Of a stretch of DNA of 64,000 nt, positions 9,057-19,495 are shown one piece after another (positions within the stretch are counted from its first letter, which is position 1; each line of letters opens with the position of its first letter). A program made the translations under genes and the position numbers. Source of the DNA: a virus; the IMG/VR virus record IMGVR_UViG_3300043028_000007, positions 67,899 through 131,898 of that record. One strand, given 5' to 3'. The notes beneath the pieces are model-generated. The model saw only the letters and a list, made by a program, of their open reading frames with translations. It was not told the origin of the DNA and ran no database searches.

Positions 9057-12000
9057 TATGCACTCCGTTTCTTAGTAAGGTCTATGCCCTTTTGTTTTTT
9101 ATCAGTAACCTTGGGAGCACCCATAGTATTGTTATTGGATATTATTTGTCTACCATCTATATTAACGGTAGGGTCTTTTTCTAATGATTTATGTAATGCA
9201 TCGTTCATAGATTTAAAAGTTTCTCCATTACCGAATGCATTTAGTATATTTTTATTTAAAGCATCTATTCCAGCCCTGATATTATGTAATTCAGATAACT
9301 GCTGTCCAGTTAACTGATGACTTATCTTATCTTCTGTAATGAGTTTAGTTGGGAAGCTTGTAGCTATATCTTTAGTGAATTTTTCTCTCACTTCTGGATT
9401 ATTGCTGTTTATGATTTCCTTACTAATATTAGCGGTAGTTTGTTTAATTTCTGATAAGTTGGTATTGGTCTTATCTAAATCTTTTATAGATGCAGTGACT
9501 ATACCAGTATCATCTATATTTCGTTCTTTACTAAGTATATTTTGAGTATTATTAGTTGACTTAGCGTCTGCCATCTGAATAACATTATTGGATGATGGTA
9601 ACGATAAGCCATTCCTCATATTAGATTCTTTATTTAGCATAGCTAATACTTGATATTGTTCATTGGCAAATCTGTTCTGCACACTTCTTTGTGTAGATAA
9701 AGTAGATGAACCAAATCGCTTACCTCTTTCACTATATATAGCTTTTACAAAATCTATATCTGTCATATTTTTCTTAAATACACCATTAATTAAACTAGAT
9801 CCATTATCAACGCCATGTTGAACAGCAGTAGACCAAATCACATCTCTTAATGCTTTAGATTTAAGGGCTCGTTCTTTTATTTCAGGAGAAAGTTTTTCAA
9901 ATAAAGGATCGTAATGAGTCTGCTTAATATAAGCGTGCTCTAACTCACCCATCTTTCCTTCTTTTACTAACTTTTTCCATTCATTTGGTACTGTTCCTTT
10001 ATTACTTCCAGTATTAGCATCACCAGCTGCTCTTAATCGTTCTGCTATTTCTAATCCACCTGGCTGTTGTTCTACCCAATTTAAGAACTCTTCAAACTTT
10101 CCTTGCTTTGAAGATATCTGATATTTACCATAAGAAGTACCACCATGTAAATCATAACCTATAGCAGATGAACCTTCTTTAGCTGATTCGTATTTAGCAG
10201 ACACAGATCCTAACTGATTCTTTAAGCTAGGATCAAATGGTATTATCTTGCCTTTACCACTTCGCCCACCACCAACAGATTCGTTGAGTTTATTACTATC
10301 ATATTGTTTTTTATTTATATTTAAATCATCATCTTTTTCTCTTTTAGAAAAATCTATTTTCTCATCTAACATATCTTTAAGATCATCATCACCATATTTC
10401 TTAATATATTTTTTATAAGCTTCTTTAGTTGGCTTAAAGTCCTCATCTAAATCAAGGTCCTTTAGTTCTTTTTCCATTAAAGATATAATTTTATTATAAT
10501 CTTTTTTAGGTATGTCTGTTTCTTCATCAACATCTTTACCATAACTAGATTGTAGTATTCCATAATAAGTTCCTAAAACTTTCATAAACCTATCTTTGTA
10601 CCATCTATAAAAAAATGCTGATTGTTTTCTACTAAAAGTACTAAATCCAAATCTATGAGATAATTGTACTATTTGAAAGAACGATATTGGTGTACCAGAT
10701 TTTAGTGCTTTAGTTGTTCTTTTTTCTAAAGCAAATATGTTTTCTGCCATCTCTTCATTTGGTTCAACTAGATATTTTTTAAATCTTTCGATTACTATAG
10801 GTAATTGTATTCTTTCAGATATTTTCATAGATTTAACTACATCTCTTCCTATGATTAAACCATCGATTGCAATAGATGCTGCTGTACCAAAGAAAGGTAC
10901 AAGAGAAACTGTACCACTGAGCATTTCTAAAGCAGCACCAGTAGCATCTCCTTTACTTAATCTACTTGCCGCTAATCCAGCACCAACTGCTAGACCTAAT
11001 ACAGGTATCTTTTTACCAACCATACCTGCTGATTTTAATCCAGTTTTAGCACCTAGTTTTTTAGCTATTCCTTTTGTTGCACCTTTTTCTACTGCTTCTT
11101 TAGTTATTTCTTTAGCACCCTTTTCCATAGTTTCTTTAGCTGCTTTTTCAGTAATTTCTTTACCAGCTAATTCAGTTGTTTCTTCTATGGTTTCTTTACC
11201 TAGTTCTTTAGCAACATCATCACCTGAGCTACCAAATAAAGTACTTAATCCTAATGTTCCACCTAATAACCCAGCTAATTTTTTACCTCCGGGTATTTTT
11301 TTACTAATAGCTTTTCCTAAAGCACTTGTTGCTACTTTTTTACCAGCAGTAGCACCAGCTTTACTTCCTGCTTTAGAACCAAATAATTTACCAAATAGTT
11401 TACCAGGAGCTTTCTTAATACCGCCTAATATTTTACCTGGTAATTTTTTAAGACCACCAAATTTTTTAGATACCCAGTTAGCACCTAATAAACCAGCCAT
11501 AGTAGATAGAAAACCACCACCACCATCTCCATCGCCGCCTCCTAAGCCTAACATATTTAAAAGAGCTGCTCCTTTAATATCATCGTCATCATCATCGGAT
11601 TTTTTAAATCTACCAAAAAATCCTTTATTTTTATCAGCTTCTTTTTCTTTTTTCTTCTGCATATATTCTTCATAACTACCTTCTCTAAAACCATCACCAT
11701 CGGTATCGTGGATTTTCTTTTCTTTCTTTGGTTTAGGTAGTCTTTCTTCCCAGAGTTTTTTGATATCATCGAATCTGGTAGCTAACGTAGATTTCAATAC
11801 TTCTGTGAGATTCTGTTTATCTTCTTCACTATCTCGTTCTGTTATCTCTTTGAACTCTTCTGCAGATAAAGGTTGGTCTTCTTTTTTCTTAAACTTATTC
11901 AGTATATCTTCTTTGGTGAATATGTTTAATCCTTTATTTTTCTCTAGTATTTTGTTTTTACCAGTTGCCATAAGTGAAGATAATCTGTCTTTTACAGACA

Positions 12001-15000
12001 TCTTTTCTTCTTTATCGTCTTTAGATAACTTTTCGGATATCGTATCTTTTACTTCTTTATATTTGTTATTTATCTTGTCTTTAATAGATACCTTATCTTC
12101 ATCAGAAGATTTTAATTTGGGTAAATTAAATTTAGGTATTTTCTTAATATATTTATTTTCTTTTAACCTACCTTTTAAAGACAATAATCTATTCTTAATT
12201 GGGCTTGTCGATTCTTGTTCTAAGTCATCGTCATCCATCATTCCATAGATATCATTTAGATTACCGCCAAGAGTACCTTCTGCAATCGAAATCTCTTCAG
12301 CTTTCTTAGTGAATAATCTGTTCTTTAATTTGGTACCAAGGCCACTACCTTTGAGTGACTTAAATTTGTCTTTTAAAGCTAAACCGATGCTTGATTTCTC
12401 GGTTCCGATTTCTTCATCTAGAGGCTCTTCATATTCATGAAAATTGCCATCCTTATCTGGTATACGTTCATAGAGTAGCTGATATATTTTATCCAATCTA
12501 GATAAGATCTTTTTAGACGAACCTAATCCAGCCCCATCTCCGAGACCAAGGACTTTCTTGGTAAGATCTAATCCGAGGTTACCAACTTTACCAGCGGCAG
12601 ATAATCCCATAGATGCTATCTGACCAGCTATAGGTGTTCCGCTACCGAATACTTTATTAACTATATTGGTAGAAGCATCGAAAGAACCTTTAAGGACTTT
12701 ACCAGTACCGGATAGTAACTTAGATCCGAGACCTTGTCCCTTCTCTTTCAGCTTATCTATTTTAATATCTGGTAGTTTAGGAACTTTTATCTCGGATATC
12801 ATCTTTCTGCCCTTTGTCATAAGGCCTGTTTTGATATCTTCTTCCGATATTAATAATTCCCCAGTCTTTTTATCATAGATAGGTTCTTTTATTTGACCTA
12901 TATTAGTTACAGGTAATCCATTGGCAAAGACGGCATTCTTTAATTGTTTCTTAGTTATAAATGGCTCATCTTCACCGGATTTATATAAATCGACTAGTAA
13001 CTTAGGCATTTTATCTTTGGCACCAGAAGCCGCTCTTTTTACTAAACCTGTTCCTGCCCCTATTAAATCTAATCCAGAGGCACCTAATCCAACAATACTT
13101 TTACCACCAAATCTTGCCCCACCTTTTATTCCTTCTAATCCTAATTCAGCACCAGATTTAATGACAGCTTTAGACGCTTTCCATCCTGTACCTATACCAG
13201 AACCTATACCACCTAACACCTTTTTGAATGCTCCAGGTTTTTCAGGGTCTAGTTTCAATAGTTCTTTTAGATCTATATTAGGCATAGCCAACTTAGGCAA
13301 AGATATTACAGCCGATTTCATATCTTTTGTTATATCTAATAATTCATCGTAATATAATTCGGAAGCTTCTTGATTATATCTCATCAAATCAAATAACTCA
13401 TCTTTAAATACATCGATAGTATCTACTATGTCTTCGCTTATACCAGATTTCTCTAACTTAGTTATCAGACCATCCCACACTTTATCTAATTTATCTAGAG
13501 GTGCGTGGAGCTCTTGTTCTGAACCCTGTACATATATACCGGGACCCGATATATGTGGTGTATCTTTAATAATAGGACCAGAGTCATCTCCCTTCTTCTT
13601 TTTCTTTTTCTTAGATGACTTTTTCTTTTTAGTAGTCTTCTTAAGCTCTTTTTGTTCCTCAGCGATTTCGTCTATAGTTTCAGCTACTTCTTCAGCAAGG
13701 TCTTCTTTAGTTCTTTCTTCTTCCTCTTGCTCTTTACGGTATTTTTCCATAGCTTCTTTATAACCATACTTCTCTACTTCTTCAGCTAATCTCTGAACAC
13801 GTTCGATATTCTTGTCTATACGGGCTTCTATGTCTTTAACTTTTTCATCTAGCTCTTTATCTGTATCTTCAGGAACATAAGCTTCATCGTATCTAGCTTT
13901 AGTAAACAATCTATCTTTATCATGTTTCCATAGCCGTTCTGCATATCTCTTACTATCTAGACCTATGGTTTCTTTGAGCTTATCTATATCTACATCGGCA
14001 TAAGTATCTCTAGCTTTTTGATGGTCTAAAATACCTCTATCATTCAATATATCGTTATAGTGTCTAGCAGTTCCAACCCCAGCTGACAGATGTATGTCTT
14101 TTAATCTATCGTCTCTATCTCTAGATAGTCTTTTAACAAAATTATCTATATCTATACCAACTTCTCTATTTACACTATCGTCCTTAGTTTTAAAAGATTT
14201 ACTAAGTATATCTAATACGTTCTTTTTACCCTCATCGTCCATATCTAGAAATACTTTATCAGCATATCTCTTCTGGGCATCTGTCCAGTCATCTGATTTA
14301 GCCATATCTATAATACGAGAAGGATCTATATTCTGAAGATGCTTAGCTGAGTTATTTAAGAACTTAATAATATCCTGCATGGAGTCATAGAACTTAGCTT
14401 CATCTCCACCTTGTATTGAATATGCTCCTAATAATTTAGCTACGCCATCTGCTACTTCATTAGTACGGCTTTCTTGTGTACCAAAATATTTCTTCTTAAG
14501 ACCCTCTTTAAATTTATCGACTTCTACAAAGTCTTCTTTTTTAGGATCGAATATAAGTTCAGGACTATCTGTTCTGCCAGTAGATATATCAGTAAGTAAT
14601 TTAACTGACTTGGCAAGATATCCGGGTATTATTTCTACTAATGCTCTATGATCCATTACATTCCATGGTACTTCTTCTAGAGCATTTTCCATGAGGTTCT
14701 TCTGCCTACCGCCTCTTTCTGTATCTATAGTAGGAATGATCTTTTTAAGAACTTCCCACATACCACCTTGTTTATCTTGTAATTTGTCATTGATACTATA
14801 TTTTGTTTTCTCTAAAATACTCTCAGAGAAATTCTCCATATCGATACCGTGTTGACCAGATAGCTTAACTATTTTCTTAGCTATAGCTTTACCTGCTCTA
14901 GTCATGGCTAATCCAGCTAAAAAAGAAGTGCCAGATGCTACAGCACTTCTTTCATCTTCTGGTGTAGAAAACTCAGCATTCATATCTTGAAGATCCATAT

Positions 15001-16009
15001 ATTGGTTAGCCATACCACCAACATCTTCAAGACCGGATTTTAATTTTTGTATACTATCGGAAGCGAATGCTTTAGTATTCTGCATCAGATTTTTTCTAAA
15101 ATCTTTCGTCCACTCTCCAACAGTAGACATACCTTTGCCTATAAGAAGCTGACGCTGAGCTTCTTTGATAGATTCCATAGTACGCTTCTTCTGAAAATCT
15201 GGTAAAGCGGTATTGTGTACTATGCTTTCTAATCTTTTCTCTGTAGTAGATACGAATCCTTTTAATAAGCCGAATGTATCTTTAGCTATAAACATATGTT
15301 TATATTTTAACTCAAGTGACTTAGCTATATACCCTTGTAATGTAGTTAGAGTAAACTTAGTCCTAACATGTTCATACGCTTTTATACCAGAGAGGATACT
15401 CATTTCATCTTTATGTTCACCTCTACTGATAGCGTCCTGAATATATTTATCGGTTCTTTCTTGTAATTTCTCTTCATGAGCTTGTTCTTGTTCAGCCTTG
15501 AAGATACTTTCTAACTGTTGAGAAACTATCTCTTCTCTTTCAGCTTCTAAGTCTACTTGCCTATTAGCTATCTCATTAGGTTGTAGTTTATTATAAATCT
15601 TATCGTAGATCTTTTTAGGAACTAGGCCTTCTATTTTAGGCATGATCCTTCTACCAGCCTGTTTCATTTGATTTATAGCTGGTGTAAGTTCTTTTGTAGC
15701 TTCCTGCTGTATATTGTATTTCATAGAAGCAGCATCGGATGCTACATCGAATAGTTTTCCAGTCTTAGGAAAAGCATCTGCTATGACATCTGCTCCAGGA
15801 GGTTCAGTTATTTTTATGTTCTTTACAGCATCTGAGATACCCAAGCCCACATCTTCTATAGGCTTACGTTTACCTTTAGGCTTTGGACTACTACCAAAAC
15901 CTAAATCATCAAATTCACTGTCTAGATCGAAATCGTCATCAAGTTCACTTAAATCAAAATCATCTATATCAGGATCTTTCTCTAAGTTTTCAAAATCTTT
16001 ATCAGCCAT
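9056..16009 (-). CDS. large tail protein / tape-measure-like cell-puncturing protein (phiKZ gp181-like) with C-terminal peptidoglycan-hydrolase-like domain
   Basis: 2317 aa, helical and Lys/Gly-rich. N-terminal motifs I.HNTALPDFQK and EIIPGYLAK; a hydrophobic KKIPVLGLAVGAG segment; C-terminal SAKYES...GGTSYGKYQI...WSTAVQHG...RFANE (lysozyme-like, VgrG3-type). Confidence 0.8.
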   Translation of the reverse strand: MADKDFENLEKDPDIDDFDLSELDDDFDLDSEFDDLGFGSSPKPKGKRKPIEDVGLGISDAVKNIKITEPPGADVIADAFPKTGKLFDVASDAASMKYNIQQEATKELTPAINQMKQAGRRIMPKIEGLVPKKIYDKIYNKLQPNEIANRQVDLEAEREEIVSQQLESIFKAEQEQAHEEKLQERTDKYIQDAISRGEHKDEMSILSGIKAYEHVRTKFTLTTLQGYIAKSLELKYKHMFIAKDTFGLLKGFVSTTEKRLESIVHNTALPDFQKKRTMESIKEAQRQLLIGKGMSTVGEWTKDFRKNLMQNTKAFASDSIQKLKSGLEDVGGMANQYMDLQDMNAEFSTPEDERSAVASGTSFLAGLAMTRAGKAIAKKIVKLSGQHGIDMENFSESILEKTKYSINDKLQDKQGGMWEVLKKIIPTIDTERGGRQKNLMENALEEVPWNVMDHRALVEIIPGYLAKSVKLLTDISTGRTDSPELIFDPKKEDFVEVDKFKEGLKKKYFGTQESRTNEVADGVAKLLGAYSIQGGDEAKFYDSMQDIIKFLNNSAKHLQNIDPSRIIDMAKSDDWTDAQKRYADKVFLDMDDEGKKNVLDILSKSFKTKDDSVNREVGIDIDNFVKRLSRDRDDRLKDIHLSAGVGTARHYNDILNDRGILDHQKARDTYADVDIDKLKETIGLDSKRYAERLWKHDKDRLFTKARYDEAYVPEDTDKELDEKVKDIEARIDKNIERVQRLAEEVEKYGYKEAMEKYRKEQEEEERTKEDLAEEVAETIDEIAEEQKELKKTTKKKKSSKKKKKKKGDDSGPIIKDTPHISGPGIYVQGSEQELHAPLDKLDKVWDGLITKLEKSGISEDIVDTIDVFKDELFDLMRYNQEASELYYDELLDITKDMKSAVISLPKLAMPNIDLKELLKLDPEKPGAFKKVLGGIGSGIGTGWKASKAVIKSGAELGLEGIKGGARFGGKSIVGLGASGLDLIGAGTGLVKRAASGAKDKMPKLLVDLYKSGEDEPFITKKQLKNAVFANGLPVTNIGQIKEPIYDKKTGELLISEEDIKTGLMTKGRKMISEIKVPKLPDIKIDKLKEKGQGLGSKLLSGTGKVLKGSFDASTNIVNKVFGSGTPIAGQIASMGLSAAGKVGNLGLDLTKKVLGLGDGAGLGSSKKILSRLDKIYQLLYERIPDKDGNFHEYEEPLDEEIGTEKSSIGLALKDKFKSLKGSGLGTKLKNRLFTKKAEEISIAEGTLGGNLNDIYGMMDDDDLEQESTSPIKNRLLSLKGRLKENKYIKKIPKFNLPKLKSSDEDKVSIKDKINNKYKEVKDTISEKLSKDDKEEKMSVKDRLSSLMATGKNKILEKNKGLNIFTKEDILNKFKKKEDQPLSAEEFKEITERDSEEDKQNLTEVLKSTLATRFDDIKKLWEERLPKPKKEKKIHDTDGDGFREGSYEEYMQKKKEKEADKNKGFFGRFKKSDDDDDDIKGAALLNMLGLGGGDGDGGGGFLSTMAGLLGANWVSKKFGGLKKLPGKILGGIKKAPGKLFGKLFGSKAGSKAGATAGKKVATSALGKAISKKIPGGKKLAGLLGGTLGLSTLFGSSGDDVAKELGKETIEETTELAGKEITEKAAKETMEKGAKEITKEAVEKGATKGIAKKLGAKTGLKSAGMVGKKIPVLGLAVGAGLAASRLSKGDATGAALEMLSGTVSLVPFFGTAASIAIDGLIIGRDVVKSMKISERIQLPIVIERFKKYLVEPNEEMAENIFALEKRTTKALKSGTPISFFQIVQLSHRFGFSTFSRKQSAFFYRWYKDRFMKVLGTYYGILQSSYGKDVDEETDIPKKDYNKIISLMEKELKDLDLDEDFKPTKEAYKKYIKKYGDDDLKDMLDEKIDFSKREKDDDLNINKKQYDSNKLNESVGGGRSGKGKIIPFDPSLKNQLGSVSAKYESAKEGSSAIGYDLHGGTSYGKYQISSKQGKFEEFLNWVEQQPGGLEIAERLRAAGDANTGSNKGTVPNEWKKLVKEGKMGELEHAYIKQTHYDPLFEKLSPEIKERALKSKALRDVIWSTAVQHGVDNGSSLINGVFKKNMTDIDFVKAIYSERGKRFGSSTLSTQRSVQNRFANEQYQVLAMLNKESNMRNGLSLPSSNNVIQMADAKSTNNTQNILSKERNIDDTGIVTASIKDLDKTNTNLSEIKQTTANISKEIINSNNPEVREKFTKDIATSFPTKLITEDKISHQLTGQQLSELHNIRAGIDALNKNILNAFGNGETFKSMNDALHKSLEKDPTVNIDGRQIISNNNTMGAPKVTDKKQKGIDLTKKRSA

Positions 16010-16796
16010 TATCTATCTCCTTCTCTTGTACCAATATTCTCATATCGGATAGATAATAAAATTGTATTCCTAGTTTTAAATAAGCTTCCGTTACAACAAA
16101 GTCCAACTCTATATCTTCTTTACTTACTGATAGTACCTTTTCTATATCTTCAACTCTTTTCGTAGCATGTATAATTTTAGGTAATAATTTTTCTTCTGTA
16201 AATAACTGTGAATAGTGAGGATCTTTTATAAAAGATATAAAATCATAGATATAGAACTCATCGTTAGATAGAAATAATTCTTTATCTATATCTAAAAGAC
16301 TTTGACTAATAATATCTACATTGATTTTAAAAGCGTCACTATAGTAAAGCCGAATATCATTAGCTATATGTGCAGGAAGTTCTATTGGGTAAGTATTGAT
16401 AGTCAATGTAGGAGTTATCTTATTTTTATTTATAGCTGTTCGATTATTAATGTTTAGTAATCTTTCTTCTAATCTGTAGTACACATTTGTTTTAGGAGAA
16501 AGCGGATATATGACTGGATGATATTTATCGTTATGAAGTATATCCAATATCTCCTTATGCTTATAGTTTAATTCGGGAATAATGTATTCGATATTATCGA
16601 CATATCTGGAATCGTATATCTCCAGATTATCTATAATGGTTTTATATACTTTTTCATCTGACTTATCTAAGACTAATGCTTTAAACAGAATGGAACCTAA
16701 ATAGAAGTCATTGAGTAAGAACATGTCTATATATATTTTATTGGGAGTCTTTAGCTCTATTTTCTTTTTTATTTCTTGATAATCTATTTCTTCCAT
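16002..16796 (-). CDS. hypothetical protein
   Basis: 264-aa ORF with an AAGGA RBS, overlapping the start of the tail gene. Confidence 0.75.
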   Translation of the reverse strand: MEEIDYQEIKKKIELKTPNKIYIDMFLLNDFYLGSILFKALVLDKSDEKVYKTIIDNLEIYDSRYVDNIEYIIPELNYKHKEILDILHNDKYHPVIYPLSPKTNVYYRLEERLLNINNRTAINKNKITPTLTINTYPIELPAHIANDIRLYYSDAFKINVDIISQSLLDIDKELFLSNDEFYIYDFISFIKDPHYSQLFTEEKLLPKIIHATKRVEDIEKVLSVSKEDIELDFVVTEAYLKLGIQFYYLSDMRILVQEKEIDNG

Positions 16797-16904
16797 ACTT
16801 ATTCCTTTATATATTGAAATATATGTTTATCCACTGACGGTATTTTATAACATGAAATATACTACTATTTAAATATAACAGATACGGTATAAGGAATAAA
16901 AAAT

Positions 16905-18620
16905 ATGGAAAATATAAAATATATCTCAGCTTTAGAAGAACTGAAACAAGACCTAGGTATTACTCCAGCTAAAATTGTCATAACTGATGTAAATGCCTTC
17001 ATTAAAAACAACAGATGTAAGCCAGTAACATCACACAGCATACGAAGTGCTTCTACTAATAATTTTCATCCAGAAGGATTGTTTTCCGAGGAAATATTCG
17101 GACAGGTTGGTACATCGGATAGGTTAGTCAAGTTTGGATATATAGATCTCAATACAAAAGTTTTTCATCCATTAATATACAAATCTATTATGGAATTAAA
17201 ACAACTGTATGCTGGTATATTAGAAGGTAAGGCATATGCTATATTTGATGAAAAAGAAAAAGACTTTATTAAAGTATCTAAGAAAAGCGAAGAGGGAGAT
17301 ACTGGATATAGTTTTTTCCTTAAGCATTGGGAACAGATAAAGTTAGTAAAAAACGAATCAGTTAAAAGAAGTGAGTTAATAGATCTAATAGAAAAATATA
17401 AAGACAGATGGTACATAGATAAGCAGTTAGTTGAACCAGCTGGTCTTAGAGATATTGAAATGGAAGAAAAGGTATTAGCCGAAGAAGACATTAATAAAAT
17501 ATATCTGACTCTATTGTCATATTCATTAAGTATTCCTAAGAATAGTACAAATAGGATATATGATGGATTACGAATTAATATACAGAAAAAAGTATATGAA
17601 ATATACAAATACATAATGAATATCCTAGAAGGTAAAAAGGGTTATCTTAGAGGTACATATGCTAGACGTAAAATTACTTGGGGCACTAGAAATGTTATCT
17701 CTGCTATAAAGTTACATGCTTTCACACCTAATGATCCTAGAACACTTTCAGCAGATGAAACTGCTATGCCCCTATACCAGACTATGGTAGCATATAAACC
17801 ATTAGTGGCGTATTATTTGAAAATAATAGCATTTAGTAGTATATTTACACCCAACAATACCCAAGTATCTGTTATTAATAAAAAAGGTAATTTAGAATAC
17901 ATAAATATATCTCCAGTCACTTTAGAGAAGTATACTACATCTGATGGAATATATGAAATAATCGACATGTTTCAAAACAAAGAATTTAGACATAGTCCTA
18001 TGACTATAATGGATGAAAACAATAAAGCATATGATTTATATAAGATCCATGACCTTAATGACGATCTTGTATTATTTAGAAATATAGATGACTTAAAAAA
18101 TATATATAAAGGAGAAATAAGAGAGGAATGTATTCGTACCCTTACTTGGGGAGAATTGATGTATATGGCTACGTACAAGGCCATTTTAGGTAAACATATA
18201 TTCGTAACAAGATATCCTATAGGACAGGGAGATGACTCTACTTATCCTACTAAAGTAAGACTCATATCTACACAACCTAATAGATTATGTCGAGTGCTTG
18301 ATCCGACTAATCCGGAACTGAGTTATTTGGAATTACCTAACTATCCGATTATAGGGCAGTCCTATAGAGAATCTACATCTGTTCATCCTTCTAGATTATC
18401 TTCCTTATCAGGCGACATGGATGGCGATACTGTATCCAATAATGGTATCATAGGAGAGGACAGTAATAGAGAAATAGACGAATACCTACACTCTTTAAGA
18501 GACTTAATAACACCTAATAATACTATCTATACTGGAGCTAATACAGATGTAATAGGATTAACTTTATACAATCTAAGTAGACTACCTAAAGGAGTAGTAC
18601 TGAAGAAGTCGGGGGAATAA
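16905..18620 (+). CDS. rpoC: virion RNA polymerase beta' subunit, catalytic part (phiKZ gp180-like)
   Basis: Motifs FHPEGLFSEEIFG, FGYIDL, PAGLRD, GKKGYLRG, TRYP and the Mg-binding SGDMDGDT. Confidence 0.9.
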   Translation: MENIKYISALEELKQDLGITPAKIVITDVNAFIKNNRCKPVTSHSIRSASTNNFHPEGLFSEEIFGQVGTSDRLVKFGYIDLNTKVFHPLIYKSIMELKQLYAGILEGKAYAIFDEKEKDFIKVSKKSEEGDTGYSFFLKHWEQIKLVKNESVKRSELIDLIEKYKDRWYIDKQLVEPAGLRDIEMEEKVLAEEDINKIYLTLLSYSLSIPKNSTNRIYDGLRINIQKKVYEIYKYIMNILEGKKGYLRGTYARRKITWGTRNVISAIKLHAFTPNDPRTLSADETAMPLYQTMVAYKPLVAYYLKIIAFSSIFTPNNTQVSVINKKGNLEYINISPVTLEKYTTSDGIYEIIDMFQNKEFRHSPMTIMDENNKAYDLYKIHDLNDDLVLFRNIDDLKNIYKGEIREECIRTLTWGELMYMATYKAILGKHIFVTRYPIGQGDDSTYPTKVRLISTQPNRLCRVLDPTNPELSYLELPNYPIIGQSYRESTSVHPSRLSSLSGDMDGDTVSNNGIIGEDSNREIDEYLHSLRDLITPNNTIYTGANTDVIGLTLYNLSRLPKGVVLKKSGE

Positions 18621-18621
18621 A

Positions 18622-18795
18622 ATGAAAATATTACCATTTAGCGAAAGAAACTTACCTTGTGCAAGATGTGGTACTAATAAGTCGGTCAAATATATATCCA
18701 ATGGAAAACATTATTGTAATGCATGTATACTGACTATATTAGGCGAAATAAGAAAGTCAGAAAGAAAAAATAAAAATAATATATTTAGAGAGTAA
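18622..18795 (+). CDS. small zinc-finger protein (57 aa, absent from the ORF track)
   Basis: MKILPFSERNLPCARCGTNKSVKYISNGKHYCNACILTILGEIRKSERKNKNNIFRE*, with two CxxC pairs. It has a GGGGGA RBS, starts 1 nt after the rpoC-like stop and ends at a terminator. Confidence 0.7.
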   Translation: MKILPFSERNLPCARCGTNKSVKYISNGKHYCNACILTILGEIRKSERKNKNNIFRE

Positions 18796-18826
18796 TATAG
18801 AAGAGGGGAATTTCCCCTCTTCTATA
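18795..18826. terminator. bidirectional terminator hairpin
   Basis: ATATAGAAGAGGGGAA-t-TTCCCCTCTTCTATA between convergent genes. Confidence 0.8.
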
Positions 18827-18829
18827 TAC

Positions 18830-19492
18830 TTATACCCTATTCCATATTTCTATCATCTTTTCTCTGTCCTCAATATCGGCATGGAACTTATTTATCATAT
18901 CCCGACCATAGTAAGTTTTATAGATAGCTGGTATACGTGCATATCCTCCTTTGCCCATCTTGATCTTAATGTGGTCTAGAGCAGATTCCATATCGTCATT
19001 GACGCTACCTTTCTTGACTCTCGTTACCCATTCTTCTATATCTGGCTTATTTCTATCTGCAGCAGATATTATTGAAGAAACTATAGAAGAAAAATTACCT
19101 TGATACGATGCCCTATGTTCTAATATAGCATACCATACATTAATTGTACTTATCGAATATTTGTTAACGATTTCCATTATCTTAGGATTAGCATAGGCTT
19201 CCATACACCCCAATAAATGGTGATCCTGCCTTTCACTTGCCATTATATCGTGTAACATTCCTGCTAAAAATATGTCGGGTTTTAGTATCTCAAATAAACT
19301 AGGATACATAGTTTCTACTATATGTAAAGCAGTTTCTGTTACCTTTACGGCATGGTCTATTTGATGACCATCGTCATTCATTTCGTAATATGGTAAGACT
19401 GCTTCTACAGTCTCGTGGATTATTTCAAGAGGTATCTCCCTATATATAAGCTCTGCTTTTTCACCACGTATACACAAATTTTGTTCCGACAT
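18830..19492 (-). CDS. HD-domain phosphohydrolase
   Basis: DDGHQIDHAVKV...AGMLHDI...HHLLG...ILEHRAS...IISAAD, the classical HD-domain pattern. Confidence 0.88.
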   Translation of the reverse strand: MSEQNLCIRGEKAELIYREIPLEIIHETVEAVLPYYEMNDDGHQIDHAVKVTETALHIVETMYPSLFEILKPDIFLAGMLHDIMASERQDHHLLGCMEAYANPKIMEIVNKYSISTINVWYAILEHRASYQGNFSSIVSSIISAADRNKPDIEEWVTRVKKGSVNDDMESALDHIKIKMGKGGYARIPAIYKTYYGRDMINKFHADIEDREKMIEIWNRV

Positions 19493-19495
19493 GCC

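Noticed and set aside
9084-16052. Numerous plus-strand ORFs (up to 312 aa) antisense to the tail gene, and similar ones opposite other long genes
   Set aside because: These are Ser/Leu/Phe-rich shadow frames of Lys/Glu-rich minus-strand genes, with no RBS or motifs.
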